Positions 1 through 10,072 of a DNA stretch of 63,827 nt are shown piece by piece. Made by a program: the position numbers and the translations under genes. Positions within the stretch are counted from its first letter, which is position 1. Every line of letters starts with the position of its first letter. The notes beneath the pieces are model-generated. The model worked only from the letters and a program-made list of their open reading frames with translations, was not told the DNA's origin and searched no databases. This DNA comes from Pyrinomonadaceae bacterium. GTDB taxonomy: Bacteria > Acidobacteriota > Blastocatellia > Pyrinomonadales > Pyrinomonadaceae. The DNA lies in NCBI GenBank assembly GCA_049799955.1, contig JBARIW010000075.1, positions 1-63,827 on the forward strand, written 5' to 3'.

Positions 1-113
1 AAAGTCTTTGAATGATGAATAATGTTCGGTTTTAGAATAACTTAAAAGCGTAATTCCGAACATTATTCACTTTATCAAACTTTTACAGACGAATATTCGG
101 CTCTTCCTGAGTA

Positions 114-875
114 TTGGTGCAAAGCCATAAAGTGATGCTTTATCAAACAATACCGATGCGGTTGTTTCCTTTTAGTGCCAGATTTAAGCTGCGATTAGTG
201 TCGAGAAGCGGACTCGTTGCCGCCGTTGCTCTCGCCTGTTTTTTATCGTTGCCGGTTTGCGCACAGCAGACAGATTCCGGCGAGTCGCCGGTCGTGGTGC
301 AGCCCGGAGCGCCGGGTCAGACAACCCGAATATTGCCGACGACGACGAGAGCAAAACTGCCTGTCCGTTCACCGAAGGATGTGGAGTTTATGCAGGGAAT
401 GATTATGCATCACGCGCAGGCGGTCGAGATGACGGCGCTCATCGAATCGCGCACGGAGAACAAGCATCTTCGCCTTCTCGGAGCGCGCATCAGCCAATCA
501 CAGTCTGACGAAATGAAATTTATGAAACGATGGCTCGAACTGAGGGGCGAGTCGATTTCGATGCCGATGCCGGACATGTCGATGATGGATATGCCGGGCA
601 TGGACATGTCGAGCCATCACCAGCATCTGATGCCCGGAATGCTGACCGCGGAACAAATGGACGCTTTGAAAAAAGCGAAGGGCGCGGAGTTCGACCGTCT
701 GTTTTTGACCGGAATGATTCAGCACCACAACGGCGCGTTGAAGATGGTCAAGGATTTGTTCGAGACGACCGGCGCGGGGCAGGATGCCGAGCTGTTCAAT
801 TTCGCGACGGACGCCGACAGCGGGCAGCGCGCTGAGATTAGGATTATGCAAACCATGTTGGGTGAAAAACCGTAA
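114..875 (+). CDS. DUF305 family secreted protein (ferritin-like; two HH-containing motifs 'MHHAQAVEM' and 'MIQHHNGALKM')
   Basis: 762-nt ORF; N-terminal hydrophobic signal-like segment (LVAAVALACFLSLPVCAQQ); duplicated DUF305-type histidine motifs. The true start may be an internal Met. Confidence 0.7.
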   Translation: MVQSHKVMLYQTIPMRLFPFSARFKLRLVSRSGLVAAVALACFLSLPVCAQQTDSGESPVVVQPGAPGQTTRILPTTTRAKLPVRSPKDVEFMQGMIMHHAQAVEMTALIESRTENKHLRLLGARISQSQSDEMKFMKRWLELRGESISMPMPDMSMMDMPGMDMSSHHQHLMPGMLTAEQMDALKKAKGAEFDRLFLTGMIQHHNGALKMVKDLFETTGAGQDAELFNFATDADSGQRAEIRIMQTMLGEKP

Positions 876-882
876 AAAAACT

Positions 883-2802
883 ATGAATCAAGTACAAAAT
901 ATCGCTTTCCGTTTATTAACAGTTTTCTTTGTTTTGTTCTCGTGTTTTGCCGCCGCGACGCCGGCACAAGGTGAGCTTCAATCGGCACCGCCGCTGCCGG
1001 CGGGGATGACCGGTTCAAATATTAATGACCCGCGCTTCAAACTGTCGCCCGGATTGTACGATGCCGGTGAAGCCGCGATGGGCATCAAGCATCTGATGCT
1101 GCTCAAAAAGCCGGACGCCTTTCAGCTCGGCACCAACGACGCTGATAGTCCGAATGTACAAAAAACACTGGGTCTGCTCGGCATCGGCGACTCCTCGAAG
1201 ATGCCAAAGCCTTTCCAGTTAGTCATTGCCCAGCTCGCTTTTGCCAACTCGGACCTTGCGTTTCAGGGCAATTACCTGTTTCAGGGAAACTTTTACGGCG
1301 TCAGCATTTATGACATCTCTAATCCGTCGATGACCAAATTGCTGACCTCGATGGTGTGTCCGGGCGGGCAGGGCGACGTATCCGTTTACAAAAATCTGAT
1401 GTTTATGTCGGTCGAGATGCCGAACGGACGACTTGATTGCAGCGCGGAAGGTTTTCCGCCCCTGCCTCCGCCCGTTGCGGGACAGGAACACAAGCCGGAC
1501 GTGCAAAAAGACCGTTTCCGCGGAGTCAGAATTTTCGACATTTCCGACATCAGGAGTCCGAAGCAGGTCGGCGCGGTGCAAAGCTGTCGCGGCTCGCACA
1601 CGCATACGCTGGTAGTCGATCCGAAAGATAAGAATAACGTTTACATCTACGTTTCGGGCACATCTTTCGTCCGTCCGGGCGAAGAGCTGGCTGGATGCTC
1701 GGGTGAGACTCCGGACAAAAATCCGAATACGGCGCTCTTTCGCATCGACGTGATTAAGGTGCCGCTCGCGTCGCCGCAAACTGCAAAGATAGTGTCGAGT
1801 CCACGAGTATTTATGGATTCGAGAACCGGTGTTATTAACGGACTCAATAACGGTGGCTCACACGACAACCAAAACCCGTCCGATACCAACCAGTGCCACG
1901 ATATTACCGTGTATTCGGCAATCGGACTCGCTGCCGGCGCCTGTTCGGGCAATGGAATTCTGCTCGACATCAAAGACCCGGTCAATCCGAAGCGCGTTGA
2001 CGCGGTAAACGATCCGAACTACTCGTACTGGCACTCAGCCGCGTTTTCGAACGACGGGAAAAAGGTCGTGTTTACCGATGAATGGGGCGGCGGACTCGGC
2101 GCGCGCTGTCGCGCGAACGATCCGAATGTCTGGGGCGCGAATGCGATTTTCAATTTGGCGAATAATAAGCTGAGCTTCGCGAGCTATTACAAGCTGCCGT
2201 CGGCACAGGGCGACAGCGAGAACTGCGTCGCGCATAACGGCTCGCTCGTTCCGATTCCGGGGCGGGACGTTAAGGTACAAGCCTGGTATCAGGGCGGCAT
2301 CTCCATCATGGATTTCACAGACGCGAGCCATCCGATTGAGATTGCATATTTCGACCGTGGACCGATTGATCCGAAGATGCTCATACTCGGAGGCGACTGG
2401 TCGGCTTACTGGTACAACGGACACATTTACGCGTCGGAAATCGCGCGCGGCTTGGACATCTTTGAGCTGACGCCGACCGAGTTCCTGACGCAAAACGAAA
2501 TCGACGCCGCGAAAGCAGTTCGGGTGGCTGAATTGAACGTGCAGAATCAGCAGAAAATTGAGTATCCGCGAAACTTAGTCGTGGCGAAGGCATACATCGA
2601 CCAGATTGAGCGCTCGCAGGCTTTGCCCGCCGACCGAATCACAGTCCTGCGGGAAGCGATTCAAAAAGCGGAGAGTTCAAAATCTCTCGGAAAACTCAAA
2701 AAACTCGCGTCGCCGTTGGAAAAAGATGCTCTGACCAAGAGCGGAGCGGACTCAACTCGATTGCAGGCATTGGCTGAAATCTTAAAACGACCTGCGCTTT
2801 GA
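883..2802 (+). CDS. secreted beta-propeller protein with LVIVD-type repeats
   Basis: Long ORF. Start chosen at the Met preceding the signal peptide (MNQVQNIAFRLLTVFFVLFSCFAAATPAQG). Recurring 'xDISxPxxPKxV' motifs (YDISNPSMTKL, FDISDIRSPKQV, LDIKDPVNPKRV) are typical of LVIVD repeats. It lies 8 bp after the DUF305 gene. Confidence 0.6.
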   Translation: MNQVQNIAFRLLTVFFVLFSCFAAATPAQGELQSAPPLPAGMTGSNINDPRFKLSPGLYDAGEAAMGIKHLMLLKKPDAFQLGTNDADSPNVQKTLGLLGIGDSSKMPKPFQLVIAQLAFANSDLAFQGNYLFQGNFYGVSIYDISNPSMTKLLTSMVCPGGQGDVSVYKNLMFMSVEMPNGRLDCSAEGFPPLPPPVAGQEHKPDVQKDRFRGVRIFDISDIRSPKQVGAVQSCRGSHTHTLVVDPKDKNNVYIYVSGTSFVRPGEELAGCSGETPDKNPNTALFRIDVIKVPLASPQTAKIVSSPRVFMDSRTGVINGLNNGGSHDNQNPSDTNQCHDITVYSAIGLAAGACSGNGILLDIKDPVNPKRVDAVNDPNYSYWHSAAFSNDGKKVVFTDEWGGGLGARCRANDPNVWGANAIFNLANNKLSFASYYKLPSAQGDSENCVAHNGSLVPIPGRDVKVQAWYQGGISIMDFTDASHPIEIAYFDRGPIDPKMLILGGDWSAYWYNGHIYASEIARGLDIFELTPTEFLTQNEIDAAKAVRVAELNVQNQQKIEYPRNLVVAKAYIDQIERSQALPADRITVLREAIQKAESSKSLGKLKKLASPLEKDALTKSGADSTRLQALAEILKRPAL

Positions 2803-2819
2803 TTTTTTCGGCAGCGAAC

Positions 2820-3647
2820 TTAAATCGGAGACAAATCCGATTCTTTCCGTTGCAGCCAATTTTGCCCGGGATAGAAAGCTTTGCCGTCGATTGTATGAAT
2901 AGAATATGCCTGCCGCGACCGACCGCTCGTGTTGGGCAGGCTGTAATGAGGGAGCAAACCATCGAGAACGATGCAGGCTCCCTTTTTCACTTCGAGAGGT
3001 CGCATGCCTTCCGTTTCGAACGGAGTATTGTCAAAGGTTTGAAATTCCGTTCCGCCCGCATCTTTTCTTTTGAACCACGAACGCAAGTTGGTTCGGTGTC
3101 CTCCCGGCTTTGCCCACAGGCAGCCGTTTTCCGCGCTCGCGTCTTCGAGAGCAAACCAAAATCCGGTGCATGATTTGGGTTCGGTGTATAAAAAGGTAGA
3201 ATCCTGATGAACGTCCACCACGCCGCCGATTTGGGCGTGCTTGAAAATGTACATGCTTTGTATTATCAGAGCCCCGGACAATTCAAGCTCCGCAGCCAGC
3301 CTTTTCATCTGGGGCGACCGTGAAAATTTGTTGAAAACCGGGTCTAAATCATGCATTGCGTGTCCGATTTTGTTGAGCGAATGAAAAAGGTCGTTCTTAA
3401 GCCTGCCATTATCCCCGAATGCGTCCTTTTCGAAAAAGAAAGAGATTCGGTTGCCGGAGTTCAGAAAATAATCATCGCTGGTTCGCTCCTGCGCGGAGGT
3501 CTGAAAAACGGACGGATGCCCGTCATAATCAAAATTGGCTGTCAGTTCTGCCGCCCGATTTATCAGCTCATTACACTCCAATTCCGAATTGAACCCTTCA
3601 AGAATGAGAAACCCATCGCTCTGAAACTGTTCGAACTGTTTACCCAT
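2820..3647 (-). CDS. phytanoyl-CoA dioxygenase (PhyH) family Fe(II)/2-oxoglutarate oxygenase
   Basis: 275-aa ORF; the N-terminal 'FEQFQSDGFLILEGF' and overall pattern are typical of the PhyH family. Confidence 0.7.
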   Translation of the reverse strand: MGKQFEQFQSDGFLILEGFNSELECNELINRAAELTANFDYDGHPSVFQTSAQERTSDDYFLNSGNRISFFFEKDAFGDNGRLKNDLFHSLNKIGHAMHDLDPVFNKFSRSPQMKRLAAELELSGALIIQSMYIFKHAQIGGVVDVHQDSTFLYTEPKSCTGFWFALEDASAENGCLWAKPGGHRTNLRSWFKRKDAGGTEFQTFDNTPFETEGMRPLEVKKGACIVLDGLLPHYSLPNTSGRSRQAYSIHTIDGKAFYPGQNWLQRKESDLSPI

Positions 3648-3814
3648 AATATTTTTATAATAACTGAAACCGGAAAATGATTGCAGGTCAAATCGGGACG
3701 CGCAATCCGGGGCTGCGAGACAACGAATATACTGCTTAAAACTATCAAATGAGTAATCCGATTTAACATTCAGACACTAATATCTTATAACTGAAACTGT
3801 TAATATTAAAGACA

Positions 3815-5203
3815 ATGACTAAAACAAAAACAATTTCGCAAACCGAATCACCTTTAAATATCTCTTCGGAAATTGGTGAGAAAATCGTTCAGGACAATCT
3901 TGATTACACTTTATTTTCCTGGAGTAAACAAAAGGGAATAAATCCAATCGCAGTAAAACACGGCGAAGGAGTTTACCTGTTCGATTATGACGGCAAGCGT
4001 TATCTTGATTTTTCATCGGGGCTGATGAACGTCAATATCGGGCACGGCGACCAGAGAATAACTGAAGCGGTCATTAAACAGATGCGTGAGGTGAGCTATG
4101 TTACACCTTCCTGCGTTACAAAGGCGCGCGGCGAGCTGGGCAGGAAATTGGCGGAAATCTGTCCGGGCGATTTGAATAAGGCATTTTTTACCGTATGCGG
4201 CGCGTCTGCGATTGAAAATGCGATTAAGCTGGCAAGGCTTTATACGGGACGGCACAAGATACTGACGCGCTACCAGTCATACCACGGAGCTTCGAGCGGC
4301 GCGATGACGGCAAGCGGCGACCCGCGCAAACTTCCCGTTGATTCGCAGCAAGCGCCAAACTTCGTTCATTTTGACCTTCCGTATTTATACCGCTGGGAAT
4401 ACGGCGAAGAAAATTTATTGAAAGAAAGCGTAACAAGCCTCGAACGGATAATCGCTTATGAAGGCGCGGGCAACATCGCTGCTATTTTGCTCGAAGGCGA
4501 ATCAGGTTCGTCGGGCTGTCTGAAATATCCGGTCGGATATTTGCGGCAGGTTAGAGAAATATGCGACAAAAACGGCATTCTGCTGATAATAGACGAAGTG
4601 ATGAGCGGCTTTGGCAGGACGGGAAAGTGGTTTGGTTTTGAAAATCACGACATTGTGCCGGATATGATAGCGATGGCAAAAGGACTCACATCGGGTTATT
4701 TGCCTTTCGGCTGTTTGATGGTGTCGGAGAAAATAGCCGCAAAATATGATGAAACTATGCTGGCGTTGGGATTGACTTACTCTGCTCATCCGGTTTGCTG
4801 CGCCGCCGCTTTAGAAACATTGAAAATATATGAGGACGATAATTTAATCTTCAACGCCGCTGCGATGGGCGAATATGTGGATTCACAAGTCGAAAAATTA
4901 AAACAAAGTCATCCGAGCATCGGCGACTGGAGAAATACCGGACTTTTGGGCTGTCTCGAATTGGTAAAAAACAAAACCACCAAAGAGCCGATGGCGCCTT
5001 TTAATGCAAAACCCGACGAAATGAGCGTGATGAACAAAGTCGCGGCAAAAATCAGGGAATTAGGCATGTATACGTTTGTCAGGTGGAATTATATTTTTAT
5101 TGCTCCGCCGCTTTGCATCAGCAAGCCGCAGGTAGATGAAGGATTGGAGATAATCAGCGAGGCAGTCAAGCTTGCCGATGAATATACAAATTCTTTAAGT
5201 TGA
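3815..5203 (+). CDS. class-III (PLP-dependent) aminotransferase
   Basis: 462 aa, aspartate-aminotransferase-fold class III pattern (…DEVMSGFGRTGKWFGFE…, …MAKGLTSGYLP…). Confidence 0.85.
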   Translation: MTKTKTISQTESPLNISSEIGEKIVQDNLDYTLFSWSKQKGINPIAVKHGEGVYLFDYDGKRYLDFSSGLMNVNIGHGDQRITEAVIKQMREVSYVTPSCVTKARGELGRKLAEICPGDLNKAFFTVCGASAIENAIKLARLYTGRHKILTRYQSYHGASSGAMTASGDPRKLPVDSQQAPNFVHFDLPYLYRWEYGEENLLKESVTSLERIIAYEGAGNIAAILLEGESGSSGCLKYPVGYLRQVREICDKNGILLIIDEVMSGFGRTGKWFGFENHDIVPDMIAMAKGLTSGYLPFGCLMVSEKIAAKYDETMLALGLTYSAHPVCCAAALETLKIYEDDNLIFNAAAMGEYVDSQVEKLKQSHPSIGDWRNTGLLGCLELVKNKTTKEPMAPFNAKPDEMSVMNKVAAKIRELGMYTFVRWNYIFIAPPLCISKPQVDEGLEIISEAVKLADEYTNSLS

Positions 5204-5400
5204 AGACGTTCGGGTTAATTAAAAAAGCAAATAAACATCTCCAGCCGAACAACGATTTCCGGTTTTACGAGCTGGAATTTAAGCGCGGGTAAGAGGCGCG
5301 CAGTTTTGTAAACTCGACAAGTCTTGCCCTGTGTGTCAAAATTCGTGTAATATAAACAACTTTATTACACGATTTAATTTAAGGAGATTTTTTAAAATAG

Positions 5401-5637
5401 ATGTCAGCAGAAAACGCAGCAGAAACGGCGACGGACGCGAATAATACAGCCGCCGAAACCACAGAAACTACAGAAACCACAACCGAGCATCAGCAGGATG
5501 TTTCCTATCACGCGGTCGAAAAAGACGGCGACGTAACGGCAATCTGGGAAATGCAGGGACAAAAACACCTTCGCACAATCGACCCGCGCTCGAACGAAGG
5601 AAAACAAATTCTCGCGCTGTTTGAAACGGCAGGGTAA
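5401..5637 (+). CDS. small acidic hypothetical protein (Thr/Glu-rich N-terminus)
   Basis: 78-aa ORF with a good SD (aaggag, 14 nt upstream of ATG), followed directly by the hairpin at 5642-5720. Confidence 0.5.
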   Translation: MSAENAAETATDANNTAAETTETTETTTEHQQDVSYHAVEKDGDVTAIWEMQGQKHLRTIDPRSNEGKQILALFETAG

Positions 5638-5641
5638 AAAT

Positions 5642-5720
5642 AGTGAACAACGAAAAGTGAATAGTGAATAGTGAAGAAAAAATCTTTCACTGTTCACTAT
5701 TCACTTTTCGCTGTTCACTT
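5642..5720. repeat. palindromic hairpin built from tandem heptamers (AGTGAAY x3 / RTTCACT x4); terminator-like between convergent genes
   Basis: agtgaacaacgaaaagtgaatagtgaatagtgaag-aaaaaatc-tttcactgttcactattcacttttcgctgttcactt; overlaps the stop codon of the minus-strand gene 5715..7124. Confidence 0.85.
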
Positions 5721-7124
5721 TCTGAAATTTTCCCAGTCGCCCCAGACCGCGAATGTCGCGCCGACGTTTTGGAGATTGAAGAATAATATTTTGCCGTCTT
5801 TTGAAAAGGTCGAACCGGCAAATTCGCTGGTTTCGAGCTTCGGCGTGATGTTTTTGGCAAAATCGGCAATACGCCCGTCCGGTGTTAAAATTTTCATATA
5901 ATTTTCCGGCGAGCCGCCCGCTCCGGCATAATCGCTGTCTTCGCAGATAAAAAGATGGTTACTTTTCGGGCGCATATACATATTGTCGGGCATATCCAGA
6001 ATTTCGCGGCTCGGCGATTCGAACAGCAAAGTAAGGCGTCCTTCGTCTCTGCTTAAAGGTTCATACATCCAGATTTGCCCGCCGCCGTTGTCGCCGCCGC
6101 TGGTCGAATCAAAATAAATCCTTCCTTTTTTATCGGCAAAACTGCCTTCCAGACGCAGAAATATCGCCGCGTCTTTCGCTTGTCCCTGTTTCTGCACGGC
6201 GAACGGGTCGGTATCTGCTTCCGCCGGGTCGGAATTATCAATCGTTATCCAGTTTGTGATAAGACTTGTTCCGGCTTTCTGACCCTTTCGGGTGTCGTAA
6301 TTCGGTTTATCTTTAACCGCGAGCATCTGCAAAATGCCGCCTTCAGCCAGACGTTTGTTGCGTTTCGGTAAAAAGCGGTAAAATCCGGCGGGCGTCTGGT
6401 CTTCGGTCATGTAAACGACGCCGGAATTTTTATCGACCGCGATGGTTTCGTGTTCAAAACGTCCCATCGCCTTGAGCGGCACAGGCGAGACGGGCGAATT
6501 TGCCGAAGCCGAAACCTCGAAGCAATAACCGTGCGGCTTGGCAAATCCGCCTGTTTGTTTGCCTTTTTTGTCGGTTCTGACGGTTTGTCCGAGCGTCGTT
6601 TCCTCGCACGAAATCCAGCTTCCCCAGGGCGTTCTGCCGCCGCTGCAATTTACCAGAGTTCCGCTCAGGCTGACAAAATCGCGGACGATTTCGCGTGTTT
6701 TCGGATTGATAACGAGCGTCGTCGTGCCGCCGCCAGCCGTTTCGTCGTACGGATTTGCGCCGATTGGCGAACCCGGAATCGGGACTTTTCCGTTTGTAAT
6801 TTCGTGATTGCGAACGACTCGAAGCTCTCCGCGCACCTTAAAAGCCGCCATTCCGTCGTGTTTCGCGGGCGTGCTGTTTTTGTCCGTCATCGGGCTGCCA
6901 ATCTTTCCGATGACGTTGTATTCAAAATCTTTCGGCAACGCAAGGTAAGTTTCGCCCGTATTTTTTGCCGCAACGGGAACGAGCTCGCCGTAGCCGTAAG
7001 CTTTGAAATTCGACAAATCTCCCGTCTGCGCGAAAACTTCGGCGCGCCTTGTCAGACTGCCGCTCGCCAACGCCAAACCGCCCGAAAATAAGCCTAAACG
7101 ATATAAAAATGAGCGTCTGTCCAT
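5715..7124 (-). CDS. phoX: PhoX-family (DUF839) secreted phosphatase with Tat signal
   Basis: N-terminus MDRRSFLYRLGLFSGGLALASG (RRxFL twin-arginine motif). Internal 'NCSGGRTPWGSWISCEE' matches the PhoX/DUF839 signature. Confidence 0.7.
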   Translation of the reverse strand: MDRRSFLYRLGLFSGGLALASGSLTRRAEVFAQTGDLSNFKAYGYGELVPVAAKNTGETYLALPKDFEYNVIGKIGSPMTDKNSTPAKHDGMAAFKVRGELRVVRNHEITNGKVPIPGSPIGANPYDETAGGGTTTLVINPKTREIVRDFVSLSGTLVNCSGGRTPWGSWISCEETTLGQTVRTDKKGKQTGGFAKPHGYCFEVSASANSPVSPVPLKAMGRFEHETIAVDKNSGVVYMTEDQTPAGFYRFLPKRNKRLAEGGILQMLAVKDKPNYDTRKGQKAGTSLITNWITIDNSDPAEADTDPFAVQKQGQAKDAAIFLRLEGSFADKKGRIYFDSTSGGDNGGGQIWMYEPLSRDEGRLTLLFESPSREILDMPDNMYMRPKSNHLFICEDSDYAGAGGSPENYMKILTPDGRIADFAKNITPKLETSEFAGSTFSKDGKILFFNLQNVGATFAVWGDWENFRK

Positions 7125-7125
7125 A

Positions 7126-7223
7126 ATTCAAGATTCAAGATTCAAGATTCAAGATTCAAGATTTAAGATTTAAGATTTTGTCTTTCAATTTTGAATTTTG
7201 AATCTTGAATCTTGAATCTTGAA
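7126..7223. repeat. CAAGATT-family palindromic heptamer-repeat element (copy 1)
   Basis: (ATTCAAG)x5-ATTTAAGATTTAAGATTTT-gtctttc-AATTTTGAATTTTGAATCTTGAATCTTGAATCTTGAA; near-perfect ~45-bp arms. It sits between the stop of 7231..8280 and the start codon of phoX (7122-7124). Confidence 0.9.
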
Positions 7224-7230
7224 CTAGCTA

Positions 7231-8280
7231 CTATTTTACGTCCTCGCGCCTCGTTCCTTCAATCTCCAGAATAAAATCCGCGCCGTAGCATTTCGCCGGA
7301 GTTTGAAAACCGGCGCAAAAATTTCCCGAAAGAATCTTTCCGGCAACTTTTAGCGCGGTCTGGGCGGTCGTTGTGTAGCCTTCCGGTCCCTGCTGTCGCG
7401 CTTCGACTTTGTTTCCCTGCGCGTCCGACGCTTCGCCCCAGAGATACGTTTTGCCTTTGGCGCGTTCTTCGTCGTTCGGTCCGCCCGTCGGAATTTGTTT
7501 TTGCAGGTAACTTTGAAACGGTTTTGTCGCCAGAATCCAGCCGATATAACGGCTCATCTTTAACATTTTCAGATTTGACGCGGGCATCACCGTATAAACT
7601 TCGATGTTCGGAATTCCGGTCGAATAAAACGCGGTCGAAACGTCGCCCCAAGGAATCGTTACACCCGTTTTCTGAATTTCGCCAAAGTCGATTTCGCGTG
7701 TTTTATAAGCCGCCGGAACGCTCGTTATTTCACCATTTTTTCTAATCGCGCCGCCTTTCCCGACGTTCATCGTCATCGTCGCCTGCGTCCCGTGCGAGAT
7801 TCTGCCCATGCCGTAAAAAGCGAGCGTCAAATGCGTCGCTGCCGGCAATTTATCTTTCAGGTATTTTGCCAGACAATCCGACGGTACAACGTCAAACCCG
7901 ACGCCCGGCATAATCATAATTCCGGCTTCTTTCGCCTTTTTATCGAGCCTCGCCATCGTCTCGAAAACGGCGATTTCGCCCGTGATATCGAGATAATGAC
8001 GCTTGTTTCTGAGACACGCTTCGACCATCGGCTTTGAAGTCAAAGAAAAAGGTCCGGCGCAGTGCAGAACAAACTCCGTTTCCTGCAACGCCGCGTCAAG
8101 CTTTGCCGAATCGTTTAAATCAAAAACGCGAAAATCGAAATCGTATCGTTTCGCAAGCTCTTCGACTTTCGCCTGATTTCTGCCCGCCAGAATCGGTTTC
8201 AATCCTTGTTCAGCCGCAAAGCGCGTAATCAATTCGCCCGTGTAACCGTTTGCGCCGTAGATTAGAAAAGTTTTAGACAT
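7231..8280 (-). CDS. saccharopine dehydrogenase-like NAD(P)-binding protein
   Basis: N-terminal Rossmann motif 'LIYGANGYTGELI'; typical size (349 aa). Confidence 0.8.
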   Translation of the reverse strand: MSKTFLIYGANGYTGELITRFAAEQGLKPILAGRNQAKVEELAKRYDFDFRVFDLNDSAKLDAALQETEFVLHCAGPFSLTSKPMVEACLRNKRHYLDITGEIAVFETMARLDKKAKEAGIMIMPGVGFDVVPSDCLAKYLKDKLPAATHLTLAFYGMGRISHGTQATMTMNVGKGGAIRKNGEITSVPAAYKTREIDFGEIQKTGVTIPWGDVSTAFYSTGIPNIEVYTVMPASNLKMLKMSRYIGWILATKPFQSYLQKQIPTGGPNDEERAKGKTYLWGEASDAQGNKVEARQQGPEGYTTTAQTALKVAGKILSGNFCAGFQTPAKCYGADFILEIEGTRREDVK

Positions 8281-8409
8281 AAATTTATATTAAAGTTTTT
8301 TGCGAGATTATTATAAAGCAAAAAGTCGGTTATTTATGATATTTTCACGGTTTTCGGTTTAATCCGAAGTTAATTTGCCCGAAACTCGTTCAGATTAGCA
8401 TTTTCAGCC

Positions 8410-8649
8410 CGTAAATAAACTTTTCAACACGTAAATAGACATTTAATGTCGTAGATGAACTTTTCCACGCGTAGATGGATTTTTCCGCTCATAGATAGAC
8501 TTTGCACGCCGTACATGGAGTTTGCACACCGTAGATAGACTTAGTACGCCGTAGATGGAATAAGTACAGCTTAGATAGACTTAGTACAGTGTATATAGAC
8601 TTTTCCGCTCGTAAATGCGCTTTTCCGTTCGCAGACAGACTTTAATTTT
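8410..8649. repeat. degenerate tandem array, 12 units x 20 bp (consensus CGTAGATAGACTTTTCCACG)
   Basis: Exact 20-bp phasing from 8410 to 8649. The units are cgtaaataaacttttcaaca, cgtaaatagacatttaatgt, cgtagatgaacttttccacg, cgtagatggatttttccgct, catagatagactttgcacgc, cgtacatggagtttgcacac, cgtagatagacttagtacgc, cgtagatggaataagtacag, cttagatagacttagtacag, tgtatatagacttttccgct, cgtaaatgcgcttttccgtt and cgcagacagactttaatttt. The array is non-coding, lying between the 5' region of 7231..8280 and the stop of 8642..8845. Confidence 0.85.
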
Positions 8650-8845
8650 CGTCAGTCAAAATTTCCTGCACGCGCCCGACTTGCCCGTCCGTTAAGCGAA
8701 CTTTTATGCCGTGAGGGTGAAAGTTTGAATTGGTCAGCAAATCTTTTACCGTTCCGATTGTTTGTCTTCCGGTTCGCTGGTCTTGTTTGAGGACGATGGC
8801 GACTTTTAATCCGGCGCGGATGTTTTTTCTTTCACGATGCGGCAT
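8642..8845 (-). CDS. YwbE-like small conserved protein (DUF2196)
   Basis: 67 aa; 'TIGTVKDLLTNSNFHPHGIKVRLTDGQVGRV' resembles the YwbE family. Confidence 0.65.
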   Translation of the reverse strand: MPHRERKNIRAGLKVAIVLKQDQRTGRQTIGTVKDLLTNSNFHPHGIKVRLTDGQVGRVQEILTDEN

Positions 8846-9313
8846 TTATTTTTTCTCCAGAGTTCGCATTAAAAAAGCGATTTGTCCAAGATGATAAGCG
8901 TTGTGGTCGGCGACGAGCAAGGCTTCGCGAAAAACGGTTTGCCCGGTTCCGTGCGGGATTTTGGCGAAAAGGTCGGTTTCGTCGTCCGAGATTAAATCGC
9001 GCATCGCTTGTAAATCGTCCGAAATTTGTTTCGCCGATGTTTGCCAGTCTTCCGGCGTTCCGGTGGATTTATTCCAGTATCCGTCGGGAAATTTCGGCGA
9101 AACGTGATTCGCGTCGCGGCTAAACTCGACAATATCCCACTGCGCGATTCTGAGATGTTCGACGAGTTCCCATGCGGTGTGCGGCGCGTTTTCGAGTCTG
9201 GTGTTGATTTCTTCGACCGGAAATTCGTTCAAAACTTTTTCCAAAGCGATGTGCGCCGATTTGCCTTCGAGAAGTTCGAGCAGATGCTCGCGTATGTTTT
9301 TTTGCGTGTCCAT
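8846..9313 (-). CDS. DinB/YfiT-like four-helix-bundle metalloprotein family
   Basis: 155 aa with DinB_2-like His motifs (…HLRIAQWD…, …DHNAYHLGQIAFLMR…). Confidence 0.65.
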   Translation of the reverse strand: MDTQKNIREHLLELLEGKSAHIALEKVLNEFPVEEINTRLENAPHTAWELVEHLRIAQWDIVEFSRDANHVSPKFPDGYWNKSTGTPEDWQTSAKQISDDLQAMRDLISDDETDLFAKIPHGTGQTVFREALLVADHNAYHLGQIAFLMRTLEKK

Positions 9314-9319
9314 AATTTG

Positions 9320-10009
9320 TCAGAAAAGCTTTAAATTATCCGCCTGAGCTTTCTCCAGTTTATCAAGGAATTCTTCGCGCCGAATCTCGGTCGCGCCGAA
9401 AACTTCAAAATGCGGCGTCATTACCTGAACGTCGAGCCACGTCGCGCCGCGCTGGTTTAAATGCTCGACGAGAAAAAGCAGCGCTAATTTCGATGCGTTC
9501 GGACTCTTAAAAAACATACTTTCGCCGCAGAAAACGCCGCCCGCGTCAACGCCGTAAAGCCCGCCGACAAGCTCATCATTTTCCCAGACTTCGATGCTGT
9601 GCGCGTCGCCCGCCGCGTGAAATTCACAATAAGCGCGGATAAAATCTGCCGTAATCCACGTTCCGTAACCGTCGCTCCGGCGCGTCCGGGCGCAGTTTTC
9701 GATGACGGCGCGAAAATCTTTATCAATCGTGAAAGTAAAATTCGTCTTTTCCCGCGTTTTTCTGAGGCTTTTCGGGATGTGCAGATTGGCAAATTCCAAA
9801 ACGGCGCGCTTCTCAGGGCAAAACCACGGCAAAGGCAGACCGTGGATATGCCACGGAAAAATGCCCTGACGATAAGCGTTCCGCAGATTTTCCGTTGTTA
9901 AAACGCCGCCGAAAAAGATGATGTCGCTGGCGTCGTAATAATATTCGCCGAACAAAGTCCAGTCGGCAAATTCGTGCGTGCGCGGGTTTGGGAAAATTAT
10001 TTCAGTCAT
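9320..10009 (-). CDS. aat: leucyl/phenylalanyl-tRNA--protein transferase
   Basis: Strong L/F-transferase pattern (GIFPWHIHGLPLPWFCPEKRAVL…, …WENDELVGGLYGVDAGGVFCGESMF). Confidence 0.9.
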   Translation of the reverse strand: MTEIIFPNPRTHEFADWTLFGEYYYDASDIIFFGGVLTTENLRNAYRQGIFPWHIHGLPLPWFCPEKRAVLEFANLHIPKSLRKTREKTNFTFTIDKDFRAVIENCARTRRSDGYGTWITADFIRAYCEFHAAGDAHSIEVWENDELVGGLYGVDAGGVFCGESMFFKSPNASKLALLFLVEHLNQRGATWLDVQVMTPHFEVFGATEIRREEFLDKLEKAQADNLKLF

Positions 10010-10072
10010 TTTCGCAACAAAACTTAAAAACCTTTGTGTAACGAAAATAACAAATCTGTGAGGTAAAGAAAA

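Noticed and set aside
8410-8649. Possible CRISPR array
   Set aside because: The units are contiguous 20-mers with no interspersed unique spacers and only about 70% inter-unit identity. There are no cas genes in the window.
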